DNA of 63,477 nt, filler included, from Reticulomyxa filosa (taxonomy: Eukaryota; Protista; Foraminifera), in assembly GCA_000512085.1 (NCBI GenBank). It is 23 parts of 23 records of this genome, joined end to end, with 100 filler letters (N's around TTAATTAATTAA, not from the genome) between each part and the next. Parts side by side here need not be neighbours in the genome. Positions count along the whole stretch, not along the records: positions 1 to 2,614 come from ASPP01001655.1; positions 2,715 to 5,001 come from ASPP01039456.1; positions 5,102 to 6,832 come from ASPP01011319.1; positions 6,933 to 8,542 come from ASPP01038131.1; positions 8,643 to 10,654 come from ASPP01023773.1; 18 more parts are not named here. One strand, 5' to 3'. Numbering within the stretch: position 1 is the stretch's first letter; every line of letters starts with the position of its first letter. Positions 1 to 10,754 of the stretch are shown in pieces. The notes beneath the pieces were generated by a model. It worked only from the letters and a program-made list of their open reading frames with translations. It was not told the origin of the DNA and ran no database searches. The position numbers and the translations under genes were made by a program.

Positions 1-1027
1 GTGATCTCATATTTCTGTAATTCTGTTATCAAATTCTTAATTTCAATACTATTCATTGCGTGCTCACTCCGTTCTCTCAAATCTTCAATACCGTTTGCAT
101 GTTGTCTTATCTTATTTGCTTTTAATTCATAAGACAGTCCAGATTTGATTGTATATGAGCATTGATAATTATTATCATTCACTGGTACTGAATCATCACT
201 TGCAGAAATAGAATGTTCGGAATTGTAGAACATTGCTTTGACAATTGATATCACTGTCGATTTTTTACAATCAGGACAGCTAAAAGATGTCTTGTCTGAA
301 ATGAATGTAATATTGTCAAATCCAAGATTCACCCATACTGGTAATTTCGCTTTTGATGCCAAACAGGTTTCATTGCTACAAAATCCTTGCAGATTAATTC
401 CCGTTTTTTTTCTCCAATTTCTGTTTTTTCTGTTTCCTTTTGTACACTCTTGTTATTACTGTTAATTTCATTCACTATATTTTCTTGTTCTTGTTTCTAT
501 TCATTATTCCAAACAAAGGATATAAATTATTCTAACAAAATAACAGCCTTATTTACCTGTTCTGTATTCTTCAATTCATTGATTTTGGTTTCTACTTCTA
601 ATTTGTTCTTTTTTTTTGTTTTTTGTATGTAAAGGAAAAAAAAAAAAAAAAGTAAAAGCATTTCAACATTGACGGAATAGATTGTATTTATTCTTGTAAA
701 TACCTCTTTTTCAATTGATTGTTGAACAAGATCTTTGATTACTGTCTCTATATTCCCATAATGATGCTCTATTTTTTGTTGCAATTCTTCTTCAGTGTTT
801 GCATCTCCAAATAACCGAACCAACGTTTTTATCTCTTTTATATACTTTCGATTATTGTTGTTGTCTTGCATCCCGCCATTACATTTCGCATTGTCTATCA
901 AAACATGGTTGTACATTTCCTTTATTATATATGGTTATGTATATTACTAGTTGGATGTTATAACCTGCATTTTGAGAGTATATAGGAAATACTCTGAGTC
1001 CCTTGTTATTGACAGCATTTTCATCAT
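1..1027 (-). CDS. 5' part of a multi-exon gene: GGMQ motif, CUE-like helices, Cys4 domain and lead-in to a RelA/SpoT-like domain; runs off the window; one frameshift near 403
   Basis: Spliced translation MMKMLSITRDSEYFLYTLKMQ|EMYNHVLIDNAKCNGGMQD..EIKTLVRLFGDANTEEELQQKIEHHYGNIETVIKDLV..GINLQGFCSNETCLA..VWVNLGF..SCPDCKK..FYN..SGLSYELKANKIRQHANGIEDLRERSEHAMNSIEIKNLITELQKYEI. It aligns by eye with the paralog at 50983-52300. Confidence 0.75.
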
Positions 1028-2300
1028 ATTTCGTCGAGTTTATCATTTGTAAAATTGTTATCTATCAAACATGATAAATCTTCTTCTTTTTTTATTATCC
1101 CAAATATAAACACAAAATATGAAAATAAGACTAACTTCAAATTCTTTCGTCTTTTTTTCTTTGTTGTGATTATATACTTCACCTAAAAATAGTCATGAAG
1201 AGTTTTTTTTTGGGGAGAGAAAAAAAAAAAATGTTAGTCAATGCACTTTTGGCAGAGATTGAAAAGGGGATTTCCTATTTGTTAAAAACTTTCTCACATA
1301 CCTTGGATACCTGTTGTGAGCACAAACAAATAAAAACACACGTTTTGACTGGTACAAAGAAATGGATGAAAAACAAAGCAAAAACACTAACGAACTGCGT
1401 TTTGAAAGAAAAATCTTTGATTGCAATGTTTTTCAAAGTATGATGCTGATGATTAGAAACGTAAAAAGTATACTGGTTTGTTTAATTAAGATTTTTGTTC
1501 TTTCCTTTTGTGTTTTTGGAAATTATTAGGGCAACGTCTTACAAAGTTCAAACTTTGTTCGTTAAGAAAAAAAACTTTATTACCTGTAATGGTCTCTTTC
1601 CTTCAACAACTCATTTTTGAATATCATTAATTCTTTTTTGTATGAAATAAAAAAGAGATTACTATTTTGTAAAATTGTGAAATATTGCTCTCTTCAGCTT
1701 TTATCATCGAAAAATAAAAAAAAGAAATAAAAATACTTATGATCATTTTGTAATACAAACTAGTGTTATGATTTGTGGAAAGTGCTGACTGTTACTTTGA
1801 CTGGTACAAGTGTAATATGAAAATATGCTCTATGAGTGACAACAAAGGAAGCCCTTTTTATGGCTTTTAGGAATAAATTGAACATAATTTTTACAATAAG
1901 TTTTCTACATAAGAAATAAACTATGTGTGACTTTAACAAAGCATTGAATTTAAATCAATTGTCGTGTGAAAAGAGATAATCTTCTTTCAAAATGAAAAAA
2001 ACTCAAGACTGACTAAATTTACAATCGAAACATTTTCCAAATCATTTTTAAGAAAAAAAAATATTGGTTAATCTCAAGAACTTTAAATTAAAAGATTTTG
2101 TTATCTTAATTTAAAAGCTTATACTACAATATTTCTATACTATGACAGCTTTGCGACTGACCCAATAGGCATTCAAAGTGTCGTGTTTTTTGAAATCGAC
2201 AAGATCATTGTTACTTTTTTCTTTAGTTTGGGAACAAGCTATGTGCAACAAAACCAAAAACCGAATTATAAAAAAAGGATTATGAATTAACTTTATGTAA

Positions 2301-2333
<33 letters not shown>

Positions 2334-2337
2334 TTAC

Positions 2338-2614
2338 CTAAGATGGAATTTGGAAGGCACTTGCCTTCCAATTGGATTGCTTGATTCAAAGCACTTCCAA
2401 AGATGTGAAATCTCAAACAAGAACGGCCCAAAATACAACCTAACACGTGTCCATGTGCAATTCCAACACGAATATGAATATTAATCGGATCTGAGACATG
2501 ATCAGGCTGAAATATGTTTGGAATGCGAGAATCTTTAAATTGAATGTGCATGTTTACTACATTCAAAGCAAATTCAATGATATGTTCGGGAATCCCTCCG
2601 AATGATACACAAAT
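2338..2614 (-). CDS. Class III adenylate/guanylate cyclase catalytic-domain exon (partial gene)
   Basis: ICVSFGGIPEHIIEFALNVV..IRVGIAHGHVLGCILGRSCLRFHIFGSALNQAIQLEGKCLPNSI matches the cyclase consensus IRIGIHxGxVxAGVxGxxxxRYxxFGDTVNxASRME. Confidence 0.75.
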
Positions 2615-2714
2615 NNNNNNNNNNNNNNNNNNNNNNNNNNNNNNNNNNNNNNNNNNNNTTAATTAATTAANNNNNNNNNNNNNNNNNNNNNNNNNNNNNN
2701 NNNNNNNNNNNNNN
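2615..2714. other. Artificial contig spacer (N-run + TTAATTAATTAA + N-run), first of 22
   Basis: Similar 100-bp linkers with a core giving stops in all six frames occur at 2615-2714, 5002-5101, 6833-6932, 8543-8642, 10655-10754, 15633-15732, 23302-23401, 24895-24994, 30178-30277, 31951-32050, 35374-35473, 38654-38753, 40823-40922, 44282-44381, 47995-48094, 50883-50982, 53843-53942, 55423-55522, 57218-57317, 58318-58417, 59454-59553 and 62086-62185. Confidence 0.99.
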
Positions 2715-4080
2715 CATTTGCAATTGATTTATGAACTCACTTTCCACGTTGTGACAAATACCAGTGTCGACAAACGGACAATGAAAAAACACTTGCAAGG
2801 CCAGTTCTTGCAACGGCTGACACTGCTGTTTGGGTCTCCAGATGGACGTGAACCACAATATGTTAAGATCATTTTGCACGCCATTTATGGTCGCTTCATG
2901 GCGCTGCGCAAGGCGATTCGAAAGCATTTGTGCAATTATTGCTACAAGTACATCTATGAAAGCATCCAAGACAAGGAAACGTGGCAAGGCTTGCCCGAAA
3001 TTTTGGAAATCTTTTGCAGCATCTTCCAAGGATTAAATGTCCCTGTCAAAGCCGATTATCGCTTGCTCATCAAAAACGTTATCATCCCATTGCACAAAAC
3101 GTTTCATTTAGACGAGTTTCATGATCAATTGGTTGCCTGTTGCACACAATTTGCAATGAAAGATATTCAATCTGTTCCTGTTATTTTAGGTGGTATTCTT
3201 AAAGTTGATTTTCAATAAACTTTACACGTTTACACACATATGTAACATTTTGATAACTTGACTTAAAAAATTATTATTTGCATACAATCACAATCTTCTA
3301 TAAATAAATACACAAAATATAAAGTATTGGCCAAAATTTAACCCAGGAAAAGAACAAATGTTTATTCAGGAAATTGTTCATATTATTACCATTTGCAGCA
3401 GAGATCCTAAGTTTATAACTTTGCCAGACTTTATTGCTATTATTGTAAGTTGTTTTTTTTTTTTTTTTTTTTTTTCATATATGTGTGCATATATATGTAA
3501 ATGCGTATTTTGTCCATTTTCTTCCTCCTTTTCTTGCGTACGTATACGTTGTCACGTGCATCACATAACACAAATAAACAACACACAATGGAAATTATAT
3601 CCATAAAAGCCAGCAATTTTGGACCAATTTCTTCAATGCATGAAATCATTGCATCATCAAGTGGCAGAGCGTGCTTTGTCGGCATGGCGTGAAGAGTCAA
3701 TCTACGCATTGGTTGACGTGAAAAAAGAGGAGATATGGCCGAAAGCCATTCGAATGCTCCGACACAACACGGAGCATTATTGGCAAACAACCATCCAACA
3801 CTTGAGCAAACAACTGCTGAATGATTTTCAAGGCAGAGATCCCGAGTTCTTTGATAAGATAGTCGAAGGTGTATCTGACAACTTGCCACGAAATGAAGAG
3901 AAGATGATGACAGATACTTCCAACGAAACAGGCCAACAGGACGATAATAACGACGATAATAACATTCATTCACTTCAAACCAATGTACTAAGCCCAAAGA
4001 CAATCACACATGATACACAAGAAAAAAGACTACAAAATTGGGAGATTGTCCGAAACATGGCAAATCAATTGTCCAAATAG
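2715..4080 (+). CDS. Protein phosphatase 2A regulatory subunit B' (B56), 5'-truncated, 3 exons
   Basis: Motifs LFGSPDGRE..KIILHAIYGRF..LPEILEIFCSIFQG..IIPLHK, YWPKFNPGKEQMFIQEI and CMKSLHHQVAERAL. GT-AG introns 3204-3324 and 3445-3609 join the exons in frame. Confidence 0.92.
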
Positions 4081-5101
4081 TTCTACATTTTTTGAACACT
4101 TTATTTTTATTTTTTTTTTTCTCTCCCTCTCTGTTATTTCTTTGTGTGCTGTGGATCTATCATTGTTTAGATTTCTAAGATTAAAAATTAATAATAATAA
4201 TAATAAATAATAAATAATAAAACAGAATAAAAACAAAACAAGGCATATTCTATTTGCTCGTTATCATCTATTGTATTCTTGTGTTTTGTATTTATTCTCC
4301 ATTCATTTGATAGTGATTTCTTGGTTTTATTTCAAATTCAATAAAATTTGGACTTTGGGAATTTTTTGAATATTTGTGAAACTGTACTTCGCATTCTTTT
4401 CGTTTTGTGTTTTTTGGGTATGGCTTTTCTTCTGTTTTCTTTCTTTATGGGGTTTTTCTTTTTTAAGCTCAAGATTGTGGACAATTTTTTCCTTTTTTTG
4501 CTTGCAAATTAAAATCACTTTTAATTGCACTTTTCAAAAAAAAAATGAAATTTTCATGAGCAATTTTTTGTTTTTTTTTGTTTTGTCTTTTATTATTAAT
4601 TTTTTTTTTTGCATTTAATTGACGGGGATCAACTTCTAGTCAGTTGTTTTTTTCTTCCCCCTCTTATTTTTTCAACTGGCCTTTTTCTCCTTTTGAGATT
4701 TTTTATTGAAAAATGTTTGCAAAAAAAAGCATTCAAATCAACATGAGAAGATTAGAAAATATTGTGATTCAAAAGAGGAATATTGGACAGTGATCTTTTT
4801 TTTTGGTATGGATGGAGAAACAAATAAAAAAAATATTATATCGGGGTTGAAGGCATCCTGCCTTCAAAACAAAAAAAAGAGCCAAAGATCTGACACCAAA
4901 AAGCAATTTAATTCCATCTTGTACCAAATTATGCGAATGTTTTTGTATACAATATTTTCAATTAAATAATTAAATTTAATATTTAGAGAAAGCAAACCAT
5001 GNNNNNNNNNNNNNNNNNNNNNNNNNNNNNNNNNNNNNNNNNNNNTTAATTAATTAANNNNNNNNNNNNNNNNNNNNNNNNNNNNNNNNNNNNNNNNNNN
5101 N

Positions 5102-5345
5102 TTATTATTATTATTATTATTATTATCATCATTGTATTGAGGTTCATACTTCAAGTCAAATGGCTTATGATCAATTTTCAGATAGTTCCAGTCTCCATTG
5201 CCGCTGCTGCCTTTGTCATCAATGACTGGCAAAGACCAAAGGGTGTTGTGCTCTTCCATCGGCTTCGATGGTTTGAATTTCTTCAAAGGCGGGAGAAACA
5301 ACAACGTATCGTCGTCATCGTCGTTGTCTTCATTGATGTTATTGC

Positions 5346-5382
<37 letters not shown>

Positions 5383-6486
5383 GTTAAAAAAATTATTATT
5401 ATTAATAGTTGCAATAGTAGTAATCTTGTTGCAATTATTATTGTTATTGTTATTATTATTGTTATTATTATTGTTATTATTATTGTTATTATTATTGTTA
5501 TTGTTATCGTTATTGCTACTGCTATTGTCCATTGAATCATTATTGTGAGGGTTGTCAAGCTGAGTAAGAGTGGCTACATTGGCCTCGTTTGTAGCATTGT
5601 AATCCATCATCGTCGAGTACTTACGTTTGTGTGCCACGTGGCTGTCTTTGCTTTGCTCGCTTTTCTGTTGGGTCTGCTTCTTTTTCTTTGATTTTTTGTT
5701 TTTTTTCGCACCCCATTCATGCATTACATAAACTTTAGTATCATCTTCATTGCTCGCGATTTGCTTAGTCAGCATTTCGTTACCGTTGCTGGTGTTACTA
5801 TTATTATTATTATTATCGTTATAATTATTATTGTTATAAATATTATTGTTATAATTATTATTGTTATAATTGTTGCTGTTGCTGTTGTGGTCGCCACATC
5901 CATTGACCATTGGGCATGTCAAGGAAGAGTCTTCTGTTCCAGAACAAGGTTCCCAAGTTTGTTCCAAGGAAGGTAGATGCACCAACTCGTTTACCATTGG
6001 TATCAAAACTTTAATGGAATTTTGTGGCTTTTCGAATGTCTGGATTTTGTCTTTCAAGACATTGTGTAGATGCTTGTCATAAAATGCACACCACGATAAC
6101 ACTTGCTCGGATACAAGTGCTCTCTTGTTGAGCGAGTCGAAATGGAACTCTCCGCTCTTCTTATCCAACGTCAACGGAATTTGTTGCTTTGCATTGTATA
6201 ATGCCAGACGGAGCACGGTATCGTCCGTTTCATTTAGCACCAGAGATAGTATTGGAAATAAGTTGGCTCGAATCAATGGCTGCTTTAGTGTCCTCTTACA
6301 CACTACCAACGCCGTGCCTACCAGATAGATTTGCTTCCGTTGTGCTAGAGCCGTCTGTTCCAGTTTTTTTATATAATTGATATAGCGAGCTGGAAAGCTA
6401 AAACCTTTCAGGGTGGTGCGCTTTAATTCGTTTAATGTATCAACTACCTCTTGGAGGTCAGGAGGCAATTTAATCTTATCACTCAT
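5102..6486 (-). CDS. Hypothetical Asn-rich protein, 3'-truncated
   Basis: Long open frame from ATG 6486. A globular-looking N-terminus is followed by poly-Asn (AAT/AAC) tracts and a basic NLS-like stretch. Confidence 0.75.
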
Positions 6487-8463
6487 TGCTCCTTAATTTT
6501 AATTATTTTTTTTTTTAACTGGTGAACGAAGCTTATCTTTATTTTAGTAGTGAATCCATGTCCTGTTATTTTATTGTATTTGCTTTAGTTATTTATTTTT
6601 TTCCTTGATAACATTAACGAAAGCATAAAAACTAGCCGAAGAAAAAATTAAGAGCAAAAATAATGTGTACAATAACACCACACAAAGATCTGATTAAAAA
6701 GCAATGTCTTATTCTCACTAATCACTTTTTTTAATACTCTGCTTCAGAATATATTGCAAAAATGATAGATCTTTGAAAATTGAATACGTCAATATTTTTT
6801 TAAAATTAATACATCTATAAATCACTAAATAGNNNNNNNNNNNNNNNNNNNNNNNNNNNNNNNNNNNNNNNNNNNNTTAATTAATTAANNNNNNNNNNNN
6901 NNNNNNNNNNNNNNNNNNNNNNNNNNNNNNNNATTACAAAACACATTTATAAAGTATCCTCGTAATTGTTCGAACTGAATTTGTATGTAGCGATGCAGTC
7001 CAATCGCGAATTTGTGCCTGTGAACAAGTTGGATCGCGTCCGCGTGCAATGTGGTCGCATTAGCATCGTCCACTACATGGAGCCTTTGATCAAATTGAGA
7101 GAGAGAGAGAGAGAGTACCAACAAAGACTTTCTTGAGTAGGATGTCAATGAAGACAAGAATATCACAAAGGATGAATCAAAGTTAGTCAAAATATAGCAA
7201 AGGTGATAATGGGATTTATCCTAATTCGCCACAAGTGGGGCCATTCAAATACCGACACATAAGAAACACTCATTTCATGGATGACCAAATTATTTGCAAC
7301 ATCTCTCATAATATGCTAATGAAAAGATTTACATCAACGAGTTAAACACTTTCTCAAAATTATAGACAATGTTTTATTTTCATTTATTATTCTTTTTTTG
7401 CTGTGTTGTCATCACAACGTATACATTTTTTTTTGTTTTGCTTGAGAATGAACTAAGATGTGAAAGAGATCAACATAATGTACAAATACAAAAAATATTC
7501 AGTATTATTCGTATTGGACAGAAAAATACTGTTGAATTGGATAAGTCAATATAATTGGTATTTGAGTACACACATCTCATTTCAAGTATACCGATCCATG
7601 TGATACATTACCATGTCATCAACCGCATTTGGCGTGATCAATGGTCACTGTGGAGGGAAACTAAAAAAAAAAAAAAAAAACACTCCCGATAAGCACATTA
7701 AAAAACAAATGATCCAAATGGACGGTAATGGAAAATCAAGAGAAAAATTATGGATTGAGTTGTTGGCGACTGAAACACGCCCTTTGCATGGTGTTGATGC
7801 ACTTGGCAAAAATAAAATAAAGTGACACAGCTGTCGAGAGGACAGATTGAAAAGAAATTGAAACGCTTGCCATCAGAACAATACGAATAACTCACATAAC
7901 ATTATGAACATCTATCTTCCTCTGTTTCCTCACAGTATTCACATGACACTTTGGTCAATGCGCTGAAACACTGCCTTTCCAAAAAGTTTGTGTGTATGTG
8001 TTTTTTTTTAAACATACGTACATATTATATTTACCATACATATGTAAAAAAAAAAAAATGTACACATATATATATGTACATATATATATGCTTATGTTAT
8101 GTTGTAATCCCATTTGTTGAATTGCTTATCGATTTTTGACAGCTTACAAAAACAAAACAACTTGTGTTAGCTTTGAGTTGAGTTCTGGCCAAGATGAACG
8201 TAAAAAAAATACAAATTATGCCTAGCTTTCTCACGCCAATGAATCATGTCGACAAGTCCAAGAGCAAAGAGGTTAACAATAGTGCGAAGGCCAACAACAA
8301 TGAAAGTAATTCCATGTCTACAAAGAGGGCATGACTTGTTTGTCACAAGTGAGATAATTGTCAAACGACGGCCACAATGAAGAAGTGACTGTATCTTGCT
8401 TAAAGATAAAATCACGGGTCAGTTTCAAAACATTTTATCTGCTTTAAGCGTTCCAAATTTGGT

Positions 8464-8512
<49 letters not shown>

Positions 8513-8699
8513 ATATAAATTGCTGTTGTTATATTGTTGTAANNNNNNNNNNNNNNNNNNNNNNNNNNNNNNNNNNNNNNNNNNNNTTAATTAATTAANN
8601 NNNNNNNNNNNNNNNNNNNNNNNNNNNNNNNNNNNNNNNNNNATAGATATCGATTGCTTTATTAAAATCATCAAAAAAAAAAAGACAATGAATAATGAT

Positions 8700-9341
8700 A
8701 CCTGATATTGTCGAATAGTTTGTTGTAATATATCAAAAGATTTGATAACCAAATCAAAATGCAATTTCATATTCGAGGTCAAATGATCGTGAATAACAGA
8801 TTTTGAACATGTATGATTGCATCCAAATGACTCAAACCAACATTTGACTATTCGTAAACAACAAGAATTTTCCAAATGATCATCAATTTGTTTTACCTTT
8901 CCTTTGAAATTACAACTCACAAATCCAGGAGTTTCTCTTTCTTTATGTCTTTGTTGGGTTGTCATTTGTAATTCTTGTTCTTGCTCTTGTTCAAATTGTC
9001 GTGGACATATCACATCCAATTCACTAATATATCGCTTTGCCAATCGACTTTGAGAATACGAACAGTTGTCATGAGATTCGACTGGACATGAATTTGGGCT
9101 TTGAATAAAAAATTGTTTTAAGCAGTTCTCTCCTACTATCAATGATTCGTCCATGTGTTTGTGTTGAAGACAATCGATTTCCATTGGATTTTTGGCGACT
9201 TGTTTACAAATTAAACAAGTAAAATCGTTAATTCTTTCTGCTTGTTCATCGTAAAAGCCAATTTTTGTTAAAGCACGATTGTTGTTGAAGAACTGAGCTC
9301 AGGTCAGTTTTTGTGCTGTCTTTGCTTTTTTCTTCTTCCAT
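8700..9341 (-). pseudogene. RING-like + TRAF-type zinc finger + coiled-coil gene (TRAF-like N-terminal half), frameshift near 9250
   Basis: MEEEKSKD..FNKNWLL/..FTCLICKQVAKNPMEIDC..GENCL..SCPV..LDVICPR..CNFKGKVKQIDDHLENSCCLRIVKCWFESFGCNHTC..HL..H. The frame breaks after WLLR. Confidence 0.75.
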
Positions 9342-9659
9342 CTTGCTCAGTTTCTTCCTTTTGGTTCTTGGTTATAGTATTTTTTTTTTTTGAAGAAAAA
9401 TCACACAATTTAAAAAAAATTTCCTGCCACAAAGTTGTTTTCAGTTTTAAGAATTCAAAAAGATAATATATTCTAAATATTGAACTCATGTGAAGAAGCA
9501 GATGATACATTTATTGTTAAAGATGAAAGTAAAAACAGATTTTATTTGTAAATTTCATTATTATTTCTCACACGAAAAAAAGAATAAATATTTTGTTTTT
9601 TTACTTGGTTGTTCCCATAAAAAGGGGAAATGTTCACTTCAAACAAAAGAAGTTCAAAA

Positions 9660-10654
9660 ATGACAACTCTTATCAATGAAAAGCGAACTTCAACACAACT
9701 AGTGTTGGTAACCTTTCTCAAAAATTTTCAGAAAGTTTGTTGCTTTTTTATTTATTGTATGTAATTTGTGATTAAAACAGTCTGAAAAAGAAAAGATTCA
9801 AGTAATTGTACAACATTGGATTCGAACATTAAATGTTAAATTAGGATGGATTTGTGATTTTGACAAACTTGTTGTTAATTATGTTAGTTCATTTGTTCAT
9901 TCTTTTTTTTATTAAATACTAATCAAAACATTTAAATGTTTTTATTTAACATAGGCATCTACCATTTTTATGTTTGATACATTTCAGTTAACATCTAAAT
10001 TACTTAAAACATTCACTGGAAATACAAGACGTGTAAACAGTATTGATTGTTCAACATTTGATGATGATCCATTCATTTGTTCTGGATCAGGTGATAATAC
10101 AGTTCGTGTATGGGATTTTAATAATAATAAACAAATACAATCATTCAATGGACATTCAAATTCTGTAATTTGTGTAAAATTTTCATTATATCATTATCAA
10201 AATTATAGTCAAAATGTCATTTGTTCTTCATCAAATGACAATACTATTCGTTTTTGGGATTTCAAACATAATAAACAATTACGAGTATTCAATGGACATA
10301 CTTATGGTGTTTGTGGAATTGAATTTTCATCATTTAATTGTGGTAGATATTTATGTTCTGGATCATCTGACAAAACAATTCGTTTATTGGATGTTGAAAC
10401 ATCAAAATCATTACATATTTTCCATGGACATGATGATGGCGTTATGTGTGTTGATATTTCACCATTACAAAGCAATAACAATAATAAAATGAATAATATT
10501 GGTATGATTGGTGGAAATTGATATACTATTTGCTCTGGATCATTGGATACTACTATTCGAATATGGGACATTGAAACAACTAAACAATTAAATATATATT
10601 TAATGGACATAATAGTTATGTAGATAGTGTAAAATATGGATCAAATGAATTAAT
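9660..10654 (+). pseudogene. WD40-repeat gene (family type 1) with premature stop, 3'-truncated
   Basis: ATG 9660, exon 9781-9882, WD exon from about 9955 with repeats GH..V..ICSGSxDxTIRxWD. TGA at 10519-10521 replaces a Gly in GNGYTICSGS, and there is a further frameshift near 10600. Confidence 0.85.
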
Positions 10655-10754
10655 NNNNNNNNNNNNNNNNNNNNNNNNNNNNNNNNNNNNNNNNNNNNTT
10701 AATTAATTAANNNNNNNNNNNNNNNNNNNNNNNNNNNNNNNNNNNNNNNNNNNN

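Noticed and set aside
5137-5558. Poly-Ile and poly-Leu ORFs (also 25744-26236 and 26360-26575)
   Set aside because: These are antisense or alternative-frame shadows of AAT/AAC/CAA microsatellites in real N/Q-rich genes.
6933-8542. Possible RING-finger gene on the minus strand (SCPLCRH)
   Set aside because: Only one CxxC pair is in frame and no consistent exon chain could be built. Probably a decayed gene of unknown family.
10519-10521. In-frame TGA codons as evidence of an alternative genetic code or selenocysteine
   Set aside because: Intact genes end in TAA, TAG and TGA and use TGG for Trp. In-frame stops occur together with frameshifts in decayed copies.
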